Assembly (NCBI GenBank): GCA_030704615.1
Contig: CM060731.1
Coordinates: 37,324,001-37,388,000, forward strand
DNA: 64,000 bases
DNA from: Takakia lepidozioides
Lineage: Eukaryota; Plantae; Bryophyta
Direction of reading: 5' to 3'
Shown here: positions 24,331-38,519 of the stretch, in pieces
Layout: every line of letters begins with the position of its first letter
Position numbering within the stretch: position 1 is the stretch's first letter
Made by a program: the position numbers and the translations under genes
The notes under the pieces: model-generated
Database searches by the model: none
What the model was told of the DNA's origin: nothing
What the model saw: only the letters and a program-made list of their open reading frames with translations

Positions 24331-27103
24331 CTAACTACAGCAATTTATTTGGGGTGGGGCATCACTAGCAGCTTGGCATGGTGGAATTGTCTTTCTTCTA
24401 TCACATCAGTTAAAAGGTGGACCGGTATACAGATGCACCACATCATGGTCAAAAACCATGAATCTCAGCTCCCCAAGTGCTGTTGTTTTTCTGGCTAGCC
24501 TGATAAGTTTTCAGATTGAAAGTCAAAGGAAATCTAAATTTCATCGAGCACCCATATTGGACATTTTCTGTATTCTAACAAAGCAAATTTTATTGTTTTA
24601 CTTTTTAAGTAGAGACCATTCTGAAGTCATGATTAGACCAAGTGATGGTTAGAAAACATAAGGACTACATAATAGGGCTACTTTAAACCTTAGCCGATTG
24701 TGATGATTTACCGCTTGATTTAGCCAAGGTGAGACAAATTCAGTCCGATAAATTAGGAGCACCAATCAATGATCAAGCTTGATAAGGGGGAGGTAGGTAG
24801 CCACATTCAAAATTTGGACTTAGGGAATCTGGAAATATACTCAAATGCTCACTATGTAGGGTGTTCAACTTGAAGGTGAGTCTTCCCAGCACTGTACTGC
24901 TTAGCTTAGCTCCCTTTTAGAGTTTTCAAAGACTGAAAATTTGGACAGACTTGTGCCTAGAGTCCAAATTGTCTGACCAAGGCTGGACAAATAAACTGTT
25001 GAGGAATTCGAATGGCAGTGCAAATGCAAAGACAATAGGCTGGTTAAGGAAGTTAAGTGAAGAATGGTTATGAAAGAAAAAGAGATCGTTGAGAGGTAAT
25101 TGAGATGCAATAGCTCTAATTACGTTTGCATCCACACATATCTCAAACTTGCACAGCCCAGAGGCCTACCTACTGACCCCATGTGTTTCAGTCCCCTGTA
25201 TCTTCCTGGATTAGAATCCAATTCACCTGCAGTAAACATAGAAAATGTAGCCCAGGGCAGGGGCTTTCCAATGACACCTGCCTTGGGATAATTGGTGCAG
25301 CTGCCAGAAAGTTATGGCGATTTTTGAGGCCAATATCATGACGTTAGATCTGCCCTGCCCGCTGCCCAAGTCTTGGGCAGGGGTGGTATCTGGGCGGTGT
25401 CCCACCGTGTGCAGGGCCGGCAATGATAGAGCGGGTCTTACTACCCCAAGGGCATGGCTGAGGGGGCTGACCCCATCTTCAGAGGGGTGACCCAATTGCA
25501 TAAGCCCTAAGAAATAAAGGATCAGTGCATCTGGAATTAGAGGACTTGTATGGGAAATTGTGCGCATGTCATGGAATTTCTTGGGAGGCATTCAAATTTA
25601 TTAGAGGACCTTCCTAACTTGATTGACAACATTAAGTTATGATCATCCTCTATTTTTACACAGACACACCTTATACCAAAAAGGTGGCAAAGTGCAGATA
25701 ATGCGGATTACTAGCCTGCATGGCAAATCTTGTCCAAATACTGGGAGAAGATAGGTTCATGTAGAATTCCATTCAAGAGCAGAGAGTGCATGGGAGTAGC
25801 CAATGGCAGGCTAGCAATGGGGCTGAGACTATCACAGTGCGGACCAGCCTCCAGGAAAGTTTAACTGCTGCTTGAGAGGGAGAAATGAAGTCCAATAAGG
25901 TGGCCAGACTCAGGTGCAGATTTTGTAGTCAAATATGAAAATGGTGGATAAATAGTTAGCAATTGTATAGGAGCTTACTCTAATTGTAACCATCAGATTA
26001 GGGCATTCAACATAAATTAGGAATTAAGTGAAGTCGGCAGGATACAAAGTCAAAATTACATTGTTCCAAAGGGTAGTTGAGTTAGAGGTTGGATAACTTG
26101 ATCACCAATATAGTCGATAACCTGCATTTAAACGTTATCTAAATATCACATACCACAGGTCAAACCGCAGGGTCATCTGTAGCAAAACACCGATTGAACA
26201 CATATATACAGATCATCCATTTATAATGAAATGTTGTTCTTGTTCATCCACATGAAATGAATAAATGCAACGACCAGTGCACTGAAAGGTGAGTCTGGGT
26301 TCAAATCCTGCTATTTTGTGGAGTGTGGTATTTATCCCACTTCCCTCAGGCAGAGTCCCAGAAGCTTTGAGCTCGGTACTTCATAGCAAGGAGAGGTTAT
26401 TTTCTCCGCCCCTTATGATTAAGGAGCCTGATTTGTGAGGGGTCGCCAGTCGGGTTTCCATTTTTTCTTAAATCAATGTCAACCATTACTCAAGGGAGAT
26501 ATGGACAAAAATGGTTGCTCAAACCCTCCTCTCGTTATAATTACGGGGCGTGATTTGTGAACTGTTTGGAGTCCCCTTTGTAAATAATTTTTTGAAGAAA
26601 CCACATTACTTGTAGATTAGGACGAAAAGGGTTTGACCTTGTCATCTGGGTTCAAACCCTACCTAATCTGACCATTCCCTAATTAGTTTTTGTTACCCAC
26701 AATATATTGGAGACTTTGAGACGACCCCGCGAGGTGGTGGTGGGGCCCTCCTGAAGACCCTAGAGACACCCCCAAGCGTCGTACCCTACATAAACCACCC
26801 CACCCTTTGACACGTTTCCACTAATTCCAACCCTTCAAGAACTCTAATATGAGCCACCATTGGATGATGCAATGGTGCGCGTATTTCCTTATCTTTCATA
26901 AATTGAACAATCTCTCCCCTTCTAGGTGTCCCTACAGCCAGGGCCCACCTGTGTACTCAACAGCCCCCTCTTCTCGCTCGCCCTGCCTGTTCTTCCCCCG
27001 CTTTTCCACTCCCCCCCCCCTTACTTCATAGTGCCGGCTTCTCACTAGCTGATTTTCCTTGGAAATAAACTTGGGCTTATATATTAGTATAGTAGTATAT
27101 AGT

Positions 27104-27290
27104 AAAAAAAAAAAAAGGTGGACGGGTTGCCGAAGCAAGCGTAACCTATGGTGTCACTTGACCCAGAAGGGCTATTGCCTCCCGGTAGGAAGGTGTCCAC
27201 CTTTGTAATAACCAACAAGGTGGTTTGAACTCACAACCACTCGTAAGAGGGTTACCCCCTTACCACTAGGCTACATATTGGTTGTTTAAT
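27104..27290 (-). mobile_element. tRNA-derived SINE
   Basis: Minus strand has an A box TAGCCTAGTGG, a B box GAGTTCAAACC and a poly-T tail. Flanked by TATAGTA repeats; absent from duplicate copy 2. Confidence 0.65.
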
Positions 27291-29228
27291 TATAGTAGTA
27301 TACATATGGAGTGGGGATGTATACCGTCTCACAATCTCCCTCACTCACAAAAAAAAAACAGCAAAAAAAAAACAAAAACAACAACGTTGGCTCGGATCCC
27401 ACATCTGCAGTTGCTTTGGATACTGCCTGCAGGGCCCACAACTGTTTACCGCTACCACCGTCTGCTGCCAGCAAGGCCACCAGGTGGTTTCCACTGGTTG
27501 ACTTAGGGTTACAGAAGGGTCCACCGTCCACCTCTGGCAGAAATATGTACCCTAATTCTGAAAATGAAAATCAACTAAAGCCTACAGGCTGTCAGAATAT
27601 ATGTGGGGCACCTGCATGTGGGCCACGTGGCCTTGGGCCGAACCTTCCAGATTGCAGGATGCTGCAGAGGCGGTGGCTGCCTCAAGATTGTGAGAATGGG
27701 GAGTTGGGGGATTTGGTGGGATCCATAGTTATTTTTTCTCATTTTTCAAAATAGTGCGTCCATTCTGCTCATATGAACTCCTTGCTATGCATTCCGTATA
27801 GGGTAATGCCCTGAGTGGAGGGCATTCCCGGATTTAAGAGCCTGACGCCAAGGGCGGTAACCCACTGAGGGGAAGCCTGCCCACGTTACCCTGCGTAAAG
27901 AAATGCCAAAAAATCAAAAATAATAATCTAATGGCCCTGTGCATTTTGCGTTTCGGAATGCACTCGATGGAGCTGATGAACTTTGCTATTTAACGACACA
28001 ATAAATACAAACAAAATTTCTTGGCAGTGCTTCACACTGCGCCCTGAGTCCCCGCGTCAGACTTTCCGGAAAATCCTTCTTTTTAGATTTTACAAAAGCG
28101 AGCAAAGTGAGCTTTTGCCCCAAAAGTTCTTTTTGGAGAATCTTGCTCCCATTAGCTTGGCTGGCCTGAGAGTTTCACTGGAACTTAGTGGGAATTATCC
28201 CGTTCCCTGGTCAGATGGGCTGAGTGGCTATTTTGTACTCTACCCAGTGTCCCGAGTGGCGAAAAAAGTGAGCGGGCACCTCTAGAAATGTTGCTATATG
28301 ACACTTAGCAGGATTTAAGAGGTCCATGTTGACAATCATATGGATATTTTGGCAACTTGTTCTAATGAGGTCTTTAAAGGGCGGGCGTGGGCCCATGTAT
28401 AGACGAGGGGTCGTGGAAGGTGGCAGGCTTCTAACCCGCCCTGCCTGTAGCCTAGGTTCGCTACAAGGGTCAGCTGCATGAGTCACTGCAAGGGTTCGGT
28501 GCAAGTTGGGAGTCCACTACAGTAGGGCTCATGGCCGGAGACAGAAAGGGCCCATGACTAAGCCTCAAGCCAACCTCGTTCATCTCTCCTCTTTTGGCAG
28601 AAAATTGGAAAAAAATTCCCTTCATTTACCTTTAATGAGGTAGGAGCCCAGAAAATAATTTCAGTTGGAAGTTCCTTGTGGTACTATTTTCTACATAGAG
28701 TTCTTCTCCCTGTTTTATAAAATTATCCGTAAAGTGCCAAAAACTGGGGACAAGTACCCCCACTTTGGCCAAAAGTGGGAACGAGTTTAACAAATTGGGG
28801 ACCAAACCCATACAACGGAAGAAAACACGGGATGAAACTAGTTTTCTCACCACAACTGGTGGTCAAACTAGTTTCATACCCAGTTTGGGTTTTGCCGAGC
28901 TACACACCCATGACGCCGAGCGACCTGCGAGCAGGAAGCTGTGAGATCATGTGAAAGAGTAGGACTCATGCCCAATTTGACAAACTGATGCCCAATTTTG
29001 CTGACTTTACATTTGCACTCAAACTGGGGGTGAAACACAGATTAGAGGTCCAAATTGGGGACGAAGCTGGGCATGATTTTTAGGATATCTTTAATGAACT
29101 AAAATGCATGCTTTCGCGGATTGAGGCACGGGAACTCCTCCAGCGGCCCCTCTTTCATATCCTCCCCACCCGCTAGTCTTAGGCCCGATTCACTATTAAA
29201 TACATTAGAATCCAAGAGGTTGTCAATC

Positions 29229-29450
29229 AGCACCAGTGCGTAGCCTACTCGGTATAAACAGTATAGACAGCGAGGTACCGGGTTTCATTCTTAATGGGTG
29301 CCTAGTGTAATCTGGTCTAATGTAACCTCGGGTCTATATAACTCTAGATAATGTAACCCCAAATTGGTGTAACCCTATTTAGTGTCACCTAGTGTCTTGT
29401 GCAACTCCTCTTAATCCATAATTTTATACTTGAACATAATCAAACCAAGT
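29229..29450 (+). mobile_element. Possible degenerate tRNA-derived SINE
   Basis: A-box-like TAGCCTACTCGG and B-box-like GGGTTTCATTC at tRNA spacing; no clear TSD. Confidence 0.3.
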
Positions 29451-29769
29451 GTAAGTTACACCGAGTAGAGTTTTTTTGTTTTTAAAAAAAAATAAAAATT
29501 AAACAGGGGCATTGTCCCTGGAAATCTATTGCAAAAATGGGGAAAAAAATAAAACCCTGAAAAAACACCATGAGGCACACACACCGTAGTCAGTGAAGGG
29601 GGAACCGGGCCTGCATTCAGAAGTGCAGAAATAGTCTTAAGACTGAAAAGCTTCTCCTAACCACACCAAAAGTGCTCATAACCCATTAAAACAAGTTTGT
29701 TCTAAGCATCGATTATCGAGAGGCTAATCTATGATCAGAACAGACTTAACGAAAATGAGCCTGGAGGTC

Positions 29770-31705
29770 GTGGTAGGGTTTTCGAAATCCAGGAGTAGAA
29801 GAGCAATAGCTTGTTGGGTTTTGTGGGCATAGTGGGGAAGTTCCTAGGCTAGGAGAAGATTATCCATGATATAGCGTCCTTTTATGAACCCTATTTGGTT
29901 GGGTCTGATGATGGTTGGCAGGTGGGGCTGGAGCCTGAGAGCCAGCCCCTTTACAATAATTTTGTAAGCCACATTCAACAGAGTGATCGGTCGGTAGTTA
30001 GAGATGCTAGTCCTGTTGAAAAGAAGAGTTAGGACTCCTTGGGACATTGAACCTGGCATTTGTTGGGAAATGAATATGTGTTTGGCCAGTGCCACAAAGT
30101 CATCCGAGATGTGGGTCCAGAGGCACTTATAAAATTCTACGGGGATCCCGTCTAAACCAGGGGACTTGCCATCCTTTAGATTGGAGAGTGCATCAGCCAG
30201 CTCAGATTCAGAGAGGGATCCTTCGAGGGTAGAGGCAGCAGTTGGAGAGAGAAGCTTGGGAGTGTGTACGAGACAAGCATTGTGATTTGTGGAGTCCAAG
30301 GGAACATTACTGTGAAAGAGGGTCTTGAAATGGCTGGCAGCCAAGCAAGCCATAGGCCTTGGGCCAGAGATGGATTCTCCAGTTAAAGGATCAGTGAGTT
30401 CTGCTATCATTTGTGAGGCTCTTCTCAGCCTGGTCTTCGCAAAGAAATATTTTGTCATTTTTCTCCTTTAGAAGACCAGTTTATCCCTGCTGATAACTTG
30501 AGCTTCTGTTCGTGCAGGCTTTGAAAGAATTGCAGGTTTCGTTTTGCCTCCAGGTTTGTATTGTAAGTACCCTCATCACATCTAGGAGACTCAAAGCCTT
30601 TCCTGGCATACGGCAAGGCATTTGGTAAGGGCCCTGACCTTCCTTTTCTAGCCGCCGCTATGTCTCTGCCCATTCGCTGGCTGGCCACATTCACAGCTTT
30701 GAGCTTCTAAGACATAAATATGTCTGAAGGGTTTTGTTGGGCATCCCCAGCCTGAGACAATGCCAGTTTAAGGCCCAGCACAAACGTCGGTATCTTCAGA
30801 AGGGAGGCATTCATTTTATAGAGCCCTTTCCCCATGGGGTGGGAGTTTGGGATCATGAAAGAGGCCTCGATGATTGCATGGTCGAAGCCAGGGGGAATAG
30901 GTTTCTGGGGTAGCCTTGGTGACCACTGGATGCAACTAAGAGAAGCGTAAAATCTGTCCAGTCTAGCCATCTGAAGATAAAGGAGGTCCCTGTTATTAGA
31001 CCATGTAAAGATAGGGCTAGATTGGGAGATAGGATGGCGGCTGATGGCCTCTACTTCAACCAGATTATGGGTTTAGGTAAGGGCATGCCATTGTTGGGTT
31101 TCAACTGAATCTGGATTAAAGTGACCCAGGCCTCTTCTATCAGCTGGAGATTCAACCATATTGAAATCTCCCGCCAGAACCCAAAAATCTACCACAGGTT
31201 CCGCCCCTATTTTGATTTGGAGCAATTCCCAAAGGGTAGCCCTTTCAGCAGGTGAGTTGGGGGCATAGATATTAATCAAGCCTAGCGTGCCACCATTGGC
31301 AGGGAGGTTGAAAGAGCAGAACTGCACTCTGCCCTGAACCCAAATGCTTTCATTAGACATCGAGGGATAGAGAGAAGGGGAGATGAGGATGGCTGTACCC
31401 CCTCTAGAGCCAATAGATGTAGGCTTCCATAGAGAACTTGCACGAGGCCAGATGTTATCTAAGAGCGATGCTATTTTGCAAAGGTCCAATTTGTGCTCTT
31501 GTAAACAAATGATAGAGTTTTTACCTAGGAAGGAACTCAAAGAAGCTTTAACACTAGCGTGCTTGGGGGAAGTCTGATTAGACCCCAGACCCCGGATGTT
31601 CCACGAGGCCACTTCAATTAACATGAGGGCGAAAGGAAAGGTTGAGATGTTCAGTCTCATTTGATGGCCTTGGGTACAGGCAATTAAACTTAACTCTTTT
31701 GTCAA
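29770..31705 (-). pseudogene. LINE ORF2: APE endonuclease + RT N-terminus
   Basis: VASWNIRGL, CLQEH, NIYAPN, GDFN, ARLDRFY, DH; KSPGLDG, NYRPITLLN, QIGFIKGR, LLDFE. Stops and frameshifts present. Confidence 0.92.
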
Positions 31706-31809
31706 TAGGGAGGAGGCTGTTGGCCCAGAAGTAGGGGTGAGGAGGGGAGGGTTGTTTCAAAGGGCCAACGGGGGTAGACACGAGAAAGTTTGCTTCAAGA
31801 TGCATTGGG

Positions 31810-32875
31810 TCAGAGGGGTCTTTTTGTTTTTTTGCTACATGGACAGGGCTGAACTGTAGAAGATCTGAAAATGGAGGAGGAGGGGGTAGAAGAGAGAGGG
31901 AGGGAAAGGGAGGAATCGGGGGGGGGGAGGGGAGGGGGGGGGGGGGGGGGGGGGGGAGGGGGGGGGGGGGGGGGGGGGACAGAAGAGACTGGAACTGGCA
32001 AGATCCGAGTAGAAGATGTAGCCCAAGAGGGATGAATAATGCTAGGAGATCTCTTCCTTTTGCTTAGGGGACAATTGATTTTGATGTGCCCATGTTGTCC
32101 ACAATTGAAACAAGCTGAATAAGAGGCATCCTCGATCATCCGGATTGTGTAATAATTCTCCTCCATGTCCATTGGCAAACGCACATAGTCTGGAAGCACT
32201 GCCTCATAGGGCATCATCGGAACCATTTTGGGACAACCATTTTCATTCATCTTGTAGGAAATTGTGGCTGATTTCCAAGCCGGGTTCTTCCTAAGGGTGT
32301 CAGTGTTCATGAGAGGGTCAAATACTCCCAAGCAGCCGAGGTAAGAACCGAAGTGGTTCGCTATGTCCGGTAAGTTGACTAGGTACTGATCAGGGATAAA
32401 GGGAAGAGAGACAATTCTAGGACCCCACAATTTGTCATTTATGTTCCCTAGCTTTGAGGACCAGGGAAAAATATTTACATTGAATCCCTTGAGGTGCGGG
32501 TTAAATTGCAAAGCATGGGCCACTGCTTGACTAGACTCAAACATAATCGAGAAAAAAACCCCTCCTCTTTGCGATGCAGAAGTGGTGTAAGAGCCCCCCC
32601 TGCCCACCAAGGTATCTGATCGCCCAATCCCTCACGTAAGATCTCTTGACCTTCCTCCCAGGAAAATGAAGCAGAACACCCGACTCTTCCATATCTGCGA
32701 TCCGCTTAAGGAGATCTTGAACGTCCATATTGATAATCGGAAAATCTTTGTTCATCGCTTCTTGTTCTTCCACAGGGTGAGGGAAGAAGTTTTCCTCTTC
32801 CGGATCGGTAGAGGTATCCTGCAACGCCGGGATCGGAGGAATTGAGAAAGGGGGGGCCACCACCCTCTCTAGCAT
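31810..32875 (-). pseudogene. LINE ORF1 (zinc knuckle, poly-Pro)
   Basis: CFNCGQHGHIKINC (CX2CX4HX4C). N-terminal GFF…IMFES…PW pattern typical of plant L1 ORF1. Frameshift near 32560-32600. Confidence 0.8.
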
Positions 32876-33472
32876 ATCACAACAAGAATTGGGAACTGGC
32901 GGGCAAGGCGGAGCTGCTTTGGCCTGTAGATATGTCTCCCAGCTTCAGCCGAGGATCTGGCCTGGTGGGCCATGAAGAATCCGGCACTAGAGAAAGGCTG
33001 GGACCCATCTGTGATCAGAGATCTGTGCGCTCCGTGGTGTCGACGGAGCCAGCTAGAGGACTTGGAGCGATGGTGAACAAGACTGTTAGGGCCCATGGTG
33101 GAAGCTAGCTAGTAGAGAAAGGATCGCTGGTGTTCTGTGTGAAAGAAAAAGGTATATCGATAGAGGAACAACAGCGGATCAGAGTGAATTCGCTAAAGGA
33201 TCAAAGAGGCAGAATACGCAGAGAACACTGGAGGGTGCGAAAGAGCGGGAACAATCTCGGAGCAAGAGTTGATTCATTTGACACGAGCTCAAACCTTAGC
33301 GCCGATTTGGGTGTAGGGTAATGGGACAGATTTAACTCTTCATTAATTTCAGCCGTTAGCTAAGTGCGGGGGAATGAGAGTTAAGAGGAGAAGACACCAT
33401 GCACCTAGCCACAAATTGTTGCACATCTGTGTGCATACAACGCCACCAGTACTGCCCCTGCAGTAGACTATG

Positions 33473-34733
33473 CACTACTACGTTTGGGGGGGTTTAGCAA
33501 TGCCCTAGCGACCTCCAACCGCCGCGATTAGCGACGGAAATACTCTACGGCGTCCGGGGCGCGCTAGGGGCATTTTGCGACGTCGAGAAGTCGCAGAGAC
33601 ATCGCTGCCGGAACGTCGCTAATTTTATTTTTTTGATGCCCGCACGGCGGACTTCGCAAGTCGCGCTGGCGCCGCGGGAGGGGGGTTTGCGATTCCCTGA
33701 CAAAATAAAAAATAAAAATCTGCGACGCCACATAAGGGATGTCCGGGGGTCGTAAATACAAACCCCAGACGTCACAGTTTAGGGGTGTACATTTGAATTT
33801 AGGTGGGAAAATTTGAATTTGAATTTGAAATTTGAATTTCAAAGACTAGTTGACCATTGACTCGGCATTGACCATTGACTCGGCATTGACCATTGACTCC
33901 GGTTTTGTCCAATGGCAGTTCAAACATTGTTCTACATATATTAAGCAATGCATACTTGAACCTAGGACCTCCACATTATAACATTTCTTAGACACTACAC
34001 ACTAACCAACAAATCTACAATACATCTCTTATATCACAAAAAACAGTCCAAGTATATATATAATATCAAGAGTTAGCTCCTAGTGATTACCATATCTCAA
34101 TCCTTATCTTTGTGTGAGATTATGCGTTACTCTACATGAGCTCCACCTCGAACTTGCACCGAGACTTATCCCCAGAGTTCGCCAAGAACAAATATCTATC
34201 AATGACCTACGTTTTGCCAAACTGCATTGCAACTTATTGTTGGACAAGTATGAGGATGTCAAGCCCATTATGCTCTACAATCTACTCCCAGAATCAATTT
34301 TCCACGACGACCCCAGGACGTCGGGGAATCGCAGCGACGCTTTTGCGACGTTTTTTTTTTTTTTTTTTTTTTTGATTCTCTGCCGTCACAGGAGCGCCCG
34401 GCTGTCGCAAAAAAGCAAAGAAAAGCGTGGCTGGGCTGCGGCGCTGCGACGTCTCGTTGAGATTCCTCGGGCGTCGCAATATCCGAGGCGTCGCAGCGAA
34501 TCCTAGCGTCGCAACCCCCCCAACGTGTTGGGGTGGGGGAATGGGGTCAGGCCCCTTCTGGCAACGGATGGTATCGCAAGATGCCACAACATCGTCCGAG
34601 GATCGGCGTTGTGATGCCCCGACGTCGCAAGTCCCCAAGCTGGGCGCCTGCGCGACGCTACAGTCGCAGGGGGGTCGGCGTATCCGGCACGTCTGGGGTC
34701 CTGGTGTTGTTAACTCCCCTAAACGTAGTAGTG
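33473..34733. mobile_element. Non-autonomous CACTA element, 1261 bp
   Basis: TIRs CACTACTACGTTT…AAACGTAGTAGTG. 3-bp TSD ATG at 33470-33472 and 34734-34736. Many GCGACG/CGTCGC subterminal repeats. Confidence 0.95.
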
Positions 34734-35242
34734 ATGAGTGCATCACACCCCAAAATGCCCCAACTCCTCATGGGCATGCCGTACTAACCGTGCTCGCTGT
34801 GTTGGGTGAGGCACAATCCTCACTCGACCATCCTCCCACATTCGGAGTAGGTGTGTTCCCTCCCACTTGAACCTCTTGGCTCGTTGTAGGATCCGATCCC
34901 TCCTTGGCAGTCACAGTGGCTGCCGTATCTCCACTGCGGAGATAGTCCAACACAGCTGAATCCTCATGTATATTTTTGGCGCCACCTTGCTCATTGCTGG
35001 TCTCACAGTCCTCAGACACTTGGTCTACAGTCATCCCTGTTGTAGGTCCAACCTGGCCTTCAGTTACCAAGATACACAAAAATGCAGATTGATGCCATCC
35101 GGGGCACCATCTCCTCGTCCGTCTCACCATGTCACCGAGCTCCAGGTCATCCTGCTGGCTCGTGCATGAATTGCAACTCAACACATCCGCATCCCGATTA
35201 ACTAGACAGGGTCGATGTACCACCTGAAAGTCATATTCCTGG

Positions 35243-38200
35243 TGTCACGGACATAGCCCAGAGGAACTTATCAAGAGTAAATACCAGATAGTCCAATTAC
35301 CATGTACGGAAGTTACCATGACTTACCATATTTTATCATGTTACCGGAAGTTACCATGACTTACTGTGATTTACCATATTTTACCATTAGTTACCAAGTT
35401 ACCGGGAGTTTATCAAATTATCAAGAGTAACTTGGAAAACTGCTGAGGAAGCTTCATTTGGAGGAAACTTCTCCATCAAGATACCTCATGTGTTTAAGAA
35501 AGCTTCTCCATCAAGAAACCTCTATAGGGGAATCCTGTAGTGATCCTATGTAGATTGATGCTGTCCGATTCAAGCCATTGACACCACAAGAAAAACAAAG
35601 ACGACATTCGAATGGATTATGCCTCTATTGCGGAATAGAAGATCACATAACATTAAACTGCCCCAACAAATCAGAGTGCAAAATCGAGATATCTTTGTAG
35701 AAGCACTTTTGGACTCAGGAGCTTCAACTTGTTTTATGGACAAAAACTTTGTGAAACAACACAATTTAACGCTCGTAAAGAAGAAACTCTCGGCCCCCGT
35801 TGAAGTCATCGATGGACGACCGTTAGCATCAGGAAATATGGACCATGAAACTCGACCACTTGAAGTGAAACTTAAAGATCAAGCATCACATATTGTTTTC
35901 AACGCCATCCAGTCTCCAACGAATCATGTGATCATTGGATTTCCCTGGTTCATACTTTACAATCCTGACATCGATTGACGATCGCGAAAATTTCTGCAAG
36001 ACAAAAATATAGAAATATAAAAGGTATTCAACCCCTGTTCCTTGGAGCTAGAGCTTTCATGAGAGTTACCAAAAAGGATGCGGCATTTGCACTTTATGCG
36101 ACTCCGATCAAGACCACAACAAACAAAGGTACTTCAACATTACCCGCTCAATATCAAGATTTCAATGATGTCTTCGAGATGAGAAAAATGCAGACATATT
36201 GGTCAGAACATCGACTACGACTATGCAATTGAGTTACAAGAAGGAGGCCAACCACCATTCGGCCCAATCTATAACTTATCCCAGATGGAGTTGGCTACAT
36301 TACGTGAATACATTGATGAAAATTTGTCGAAGCACTTCATCCGACATTCAAAATCACATGCGGGGGCGCCTATCTTGTTTGTGAAAAAGAAGGACGGATC
36401 ATTCATAATTAAGAATCGTTATCCGTTGCCGCTGGTTTCTGGGCTTCTCGATCAGCGGGGACGAGCGAAGATTTTTACCAAAATTGACTTGAGATGAGCT
36501 TATAAACCTTGTACAGAATAAAAGAAGGAGACGAATGGAAAACAACTTTCGAACAAGGTAGGTATGGACATTTGTTGAATACAGTGGTATGCTTTCGGTC
36601 TTACAAAAGCTCCAGCTATTTTCAACATAGCTGTGAATGACATCTTTCGAGAATTTTAGATAACTTTGTAGTCATTTTATTGGACGACATTTTGATATTT
36701 CACAGAATGAATAAGAACATGGCTGCCATGTACGCCTTATCCTTGATAAATTAAGAGAAATATGACTAGATGCCAAGTTGAAAAAAATGTAGTTTCCATC
36801 AATCTGAGGTCGAATTTCTGGGCACATATTTTCGACAAGCCGTCTTTATAGGATCAGAAGAGAGAAATACCAAACCATCACGAGTAGGATTAAACTAACT
36901 TTGGTCCGAGATGTACAATATTTTCTGGGATTTGTAAATTTCTATAGAATCTTCATCAATGACTAATCCAAAATTGCTGCACCATTGACACGACTCACAG
37001 GGTAGGACAATTTGTATAGGACGAGAAGACTGACCAGACATTTTGAAAAGCCGTCCAGTCTTTCATATGTCATCATTGGAGTTGTATCATCCATCGAATA
37101 TTCCAGGGAGAGTCTCCATACCACCTCCACCAATCGAAGTCAATCAGGAAATTGAGTATGAAGTCGAGGAAGTCCTAGACTCTCGCATCAAGTATAAACG
37201 TCTTGAGTATTTTGTACATTGGAAATGCTACAACATCAGCGAACGAACGTGAGAACATTCATCCAAAATCGCCAATGCATCTGACAAAATCCAAGAGTTT
37301 CATCAACGATATCCAGCTAAACCACGAGCTACACCTTAATAAGACGTCACAACGATGATGTCAGCCAAATTAGCTTAAAGGTGAAGACTCCACATTCAAT
37401 GTATCTGATACACGTTAAGGAGGGAAGAACACCACACATCAGTATATATAGCTATACTTATATTGACAGCATGGAGTTACAGGAACCAGATACATTAGAA
37501 TTGTCGCTTACCCAACTATCAGATCAGCCGTTCCGACTCTCATGACCTTCGACATCACGTCGATGCTCTTGAGACGATAGGCCATCAATGCGACGCGTAC
37601 TTTCGTTGGACCTGTACGACGGCTAGTGGAGCCTATTCGAAGTCTGATAATTCAATTGGAGGTTGAGGCTTCGGACCCAGAGGGCAACGAAATCATGTTT
37701 GAAAGCAGCTTCGAAAATCAGAATGCTCAAATCACTGCGTGGTCCCAAGTTCAAGGTGTTGGACACTATCGATGGTTGCAGGGACCTATAAATAATTTGA
37801 GTCAAGAACGAAGAGCCGAATACTTGGCAAGTACCATTCGCCGGATTTTGGATCTTCTCCAACTCTAAGCAAGTCCAAGATTTTACCGCTCCTCGAGGAA
37901 CTCGGCGCTAGAGGAGGGGATGATATCATGGACATACCCCAAAAGAACTTACCAGGAGTAAATACCACAAGTTATTATGTTACCGGAAGTTATCATGATT
38001 TACCATGATCTACCATATTTTATCATTAGTTACCAAGTTATCGAGAGTTTACCAAATTACAAAGAGTAACTTGGGAAACTGCTGATGAAGCTTCGTCTGG
38101 AGGAAACTTCTCCATCAAGATACCTCCTTTGTTTAAGGAAACTTCTCCATCAAGAAACCTCTATAGGGGAAACTTCTTAAGGAACTTCGTAGTAGCCAGT

Positions 38201-38519
38201 ATATATAGGAGACGAGACTGGATTCTTTTCAGTCTCGCCAACCCAAGTTCAAGCTACTTTTGTTCCCAGTCCCAGTACTCCAGTCCAGCTTCAAGTACTC
38301 TAGTCCAGTTTCCAGTATCTGGTACCCCAGTCCAGTTTCCAGCATTCATGTATTCGAGTCGAGTTCCAGTATCTTGTACTCTTGACCATTGATATAAAGA
38401 TCATCTTGATTCATGTTTACCCACCATGCATTCGGCCACGCCGACCTTGATTTCTTGTCTAGTCTTATATCTTTAGTCTAATCTCTTGTTTGTGTTCAGT
38501 CATGTTCTCGTCCTTGACA
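35243..38519 (+). mobile_element. Chromovirus (Tcn1-like) Ty3/gypsy element with internal deletions
   Basis: TGTCA…TGACA ends; 5-bp TSD CCTGG at 35238-35242 and 38520-38524. 5' LTR truncated at ~35535; 3' LTR 37924-38519; PPT 37910-37920. [30 protein letters not shown], chromodomain EYEVEEVLDSR…EYFVHWK. Confidence 0.93.

Larger units (their letters stand above)
16039..27493. repeat. Direct segmental duplication, copy 1 (contains KNOX paralogue A)
   Basis: Collinear with ~45413-57530 from TAATGATTCAATCTAGAACCGTTATG to GCAAGGCCACCAGGTGGTT, including introns and upstream DNA. Confidence 0.93.
29471..33260 (-). mobile_element. L1-clade LINE, decayed, most of RT deleted
   Basis: ORF1 remnants 32875-31810 and ORF2 remnants 31705-29770. 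A-rich 3' tail at 29471-29483 on the minus strand. 5' boundary approximate. Confidence 0.9.

Noticed and set aside
26265-26320. tRNA gene (GGTTCAAATCC B box)
   Set aside because: No cloverleaf or acceptor stem; at most a SINE remnant.
27520-29200. Probable non-autonomous DNA transposon(s) with short palindromes
   Set aside because: Could not pair TIRs or find TSDs by eye.
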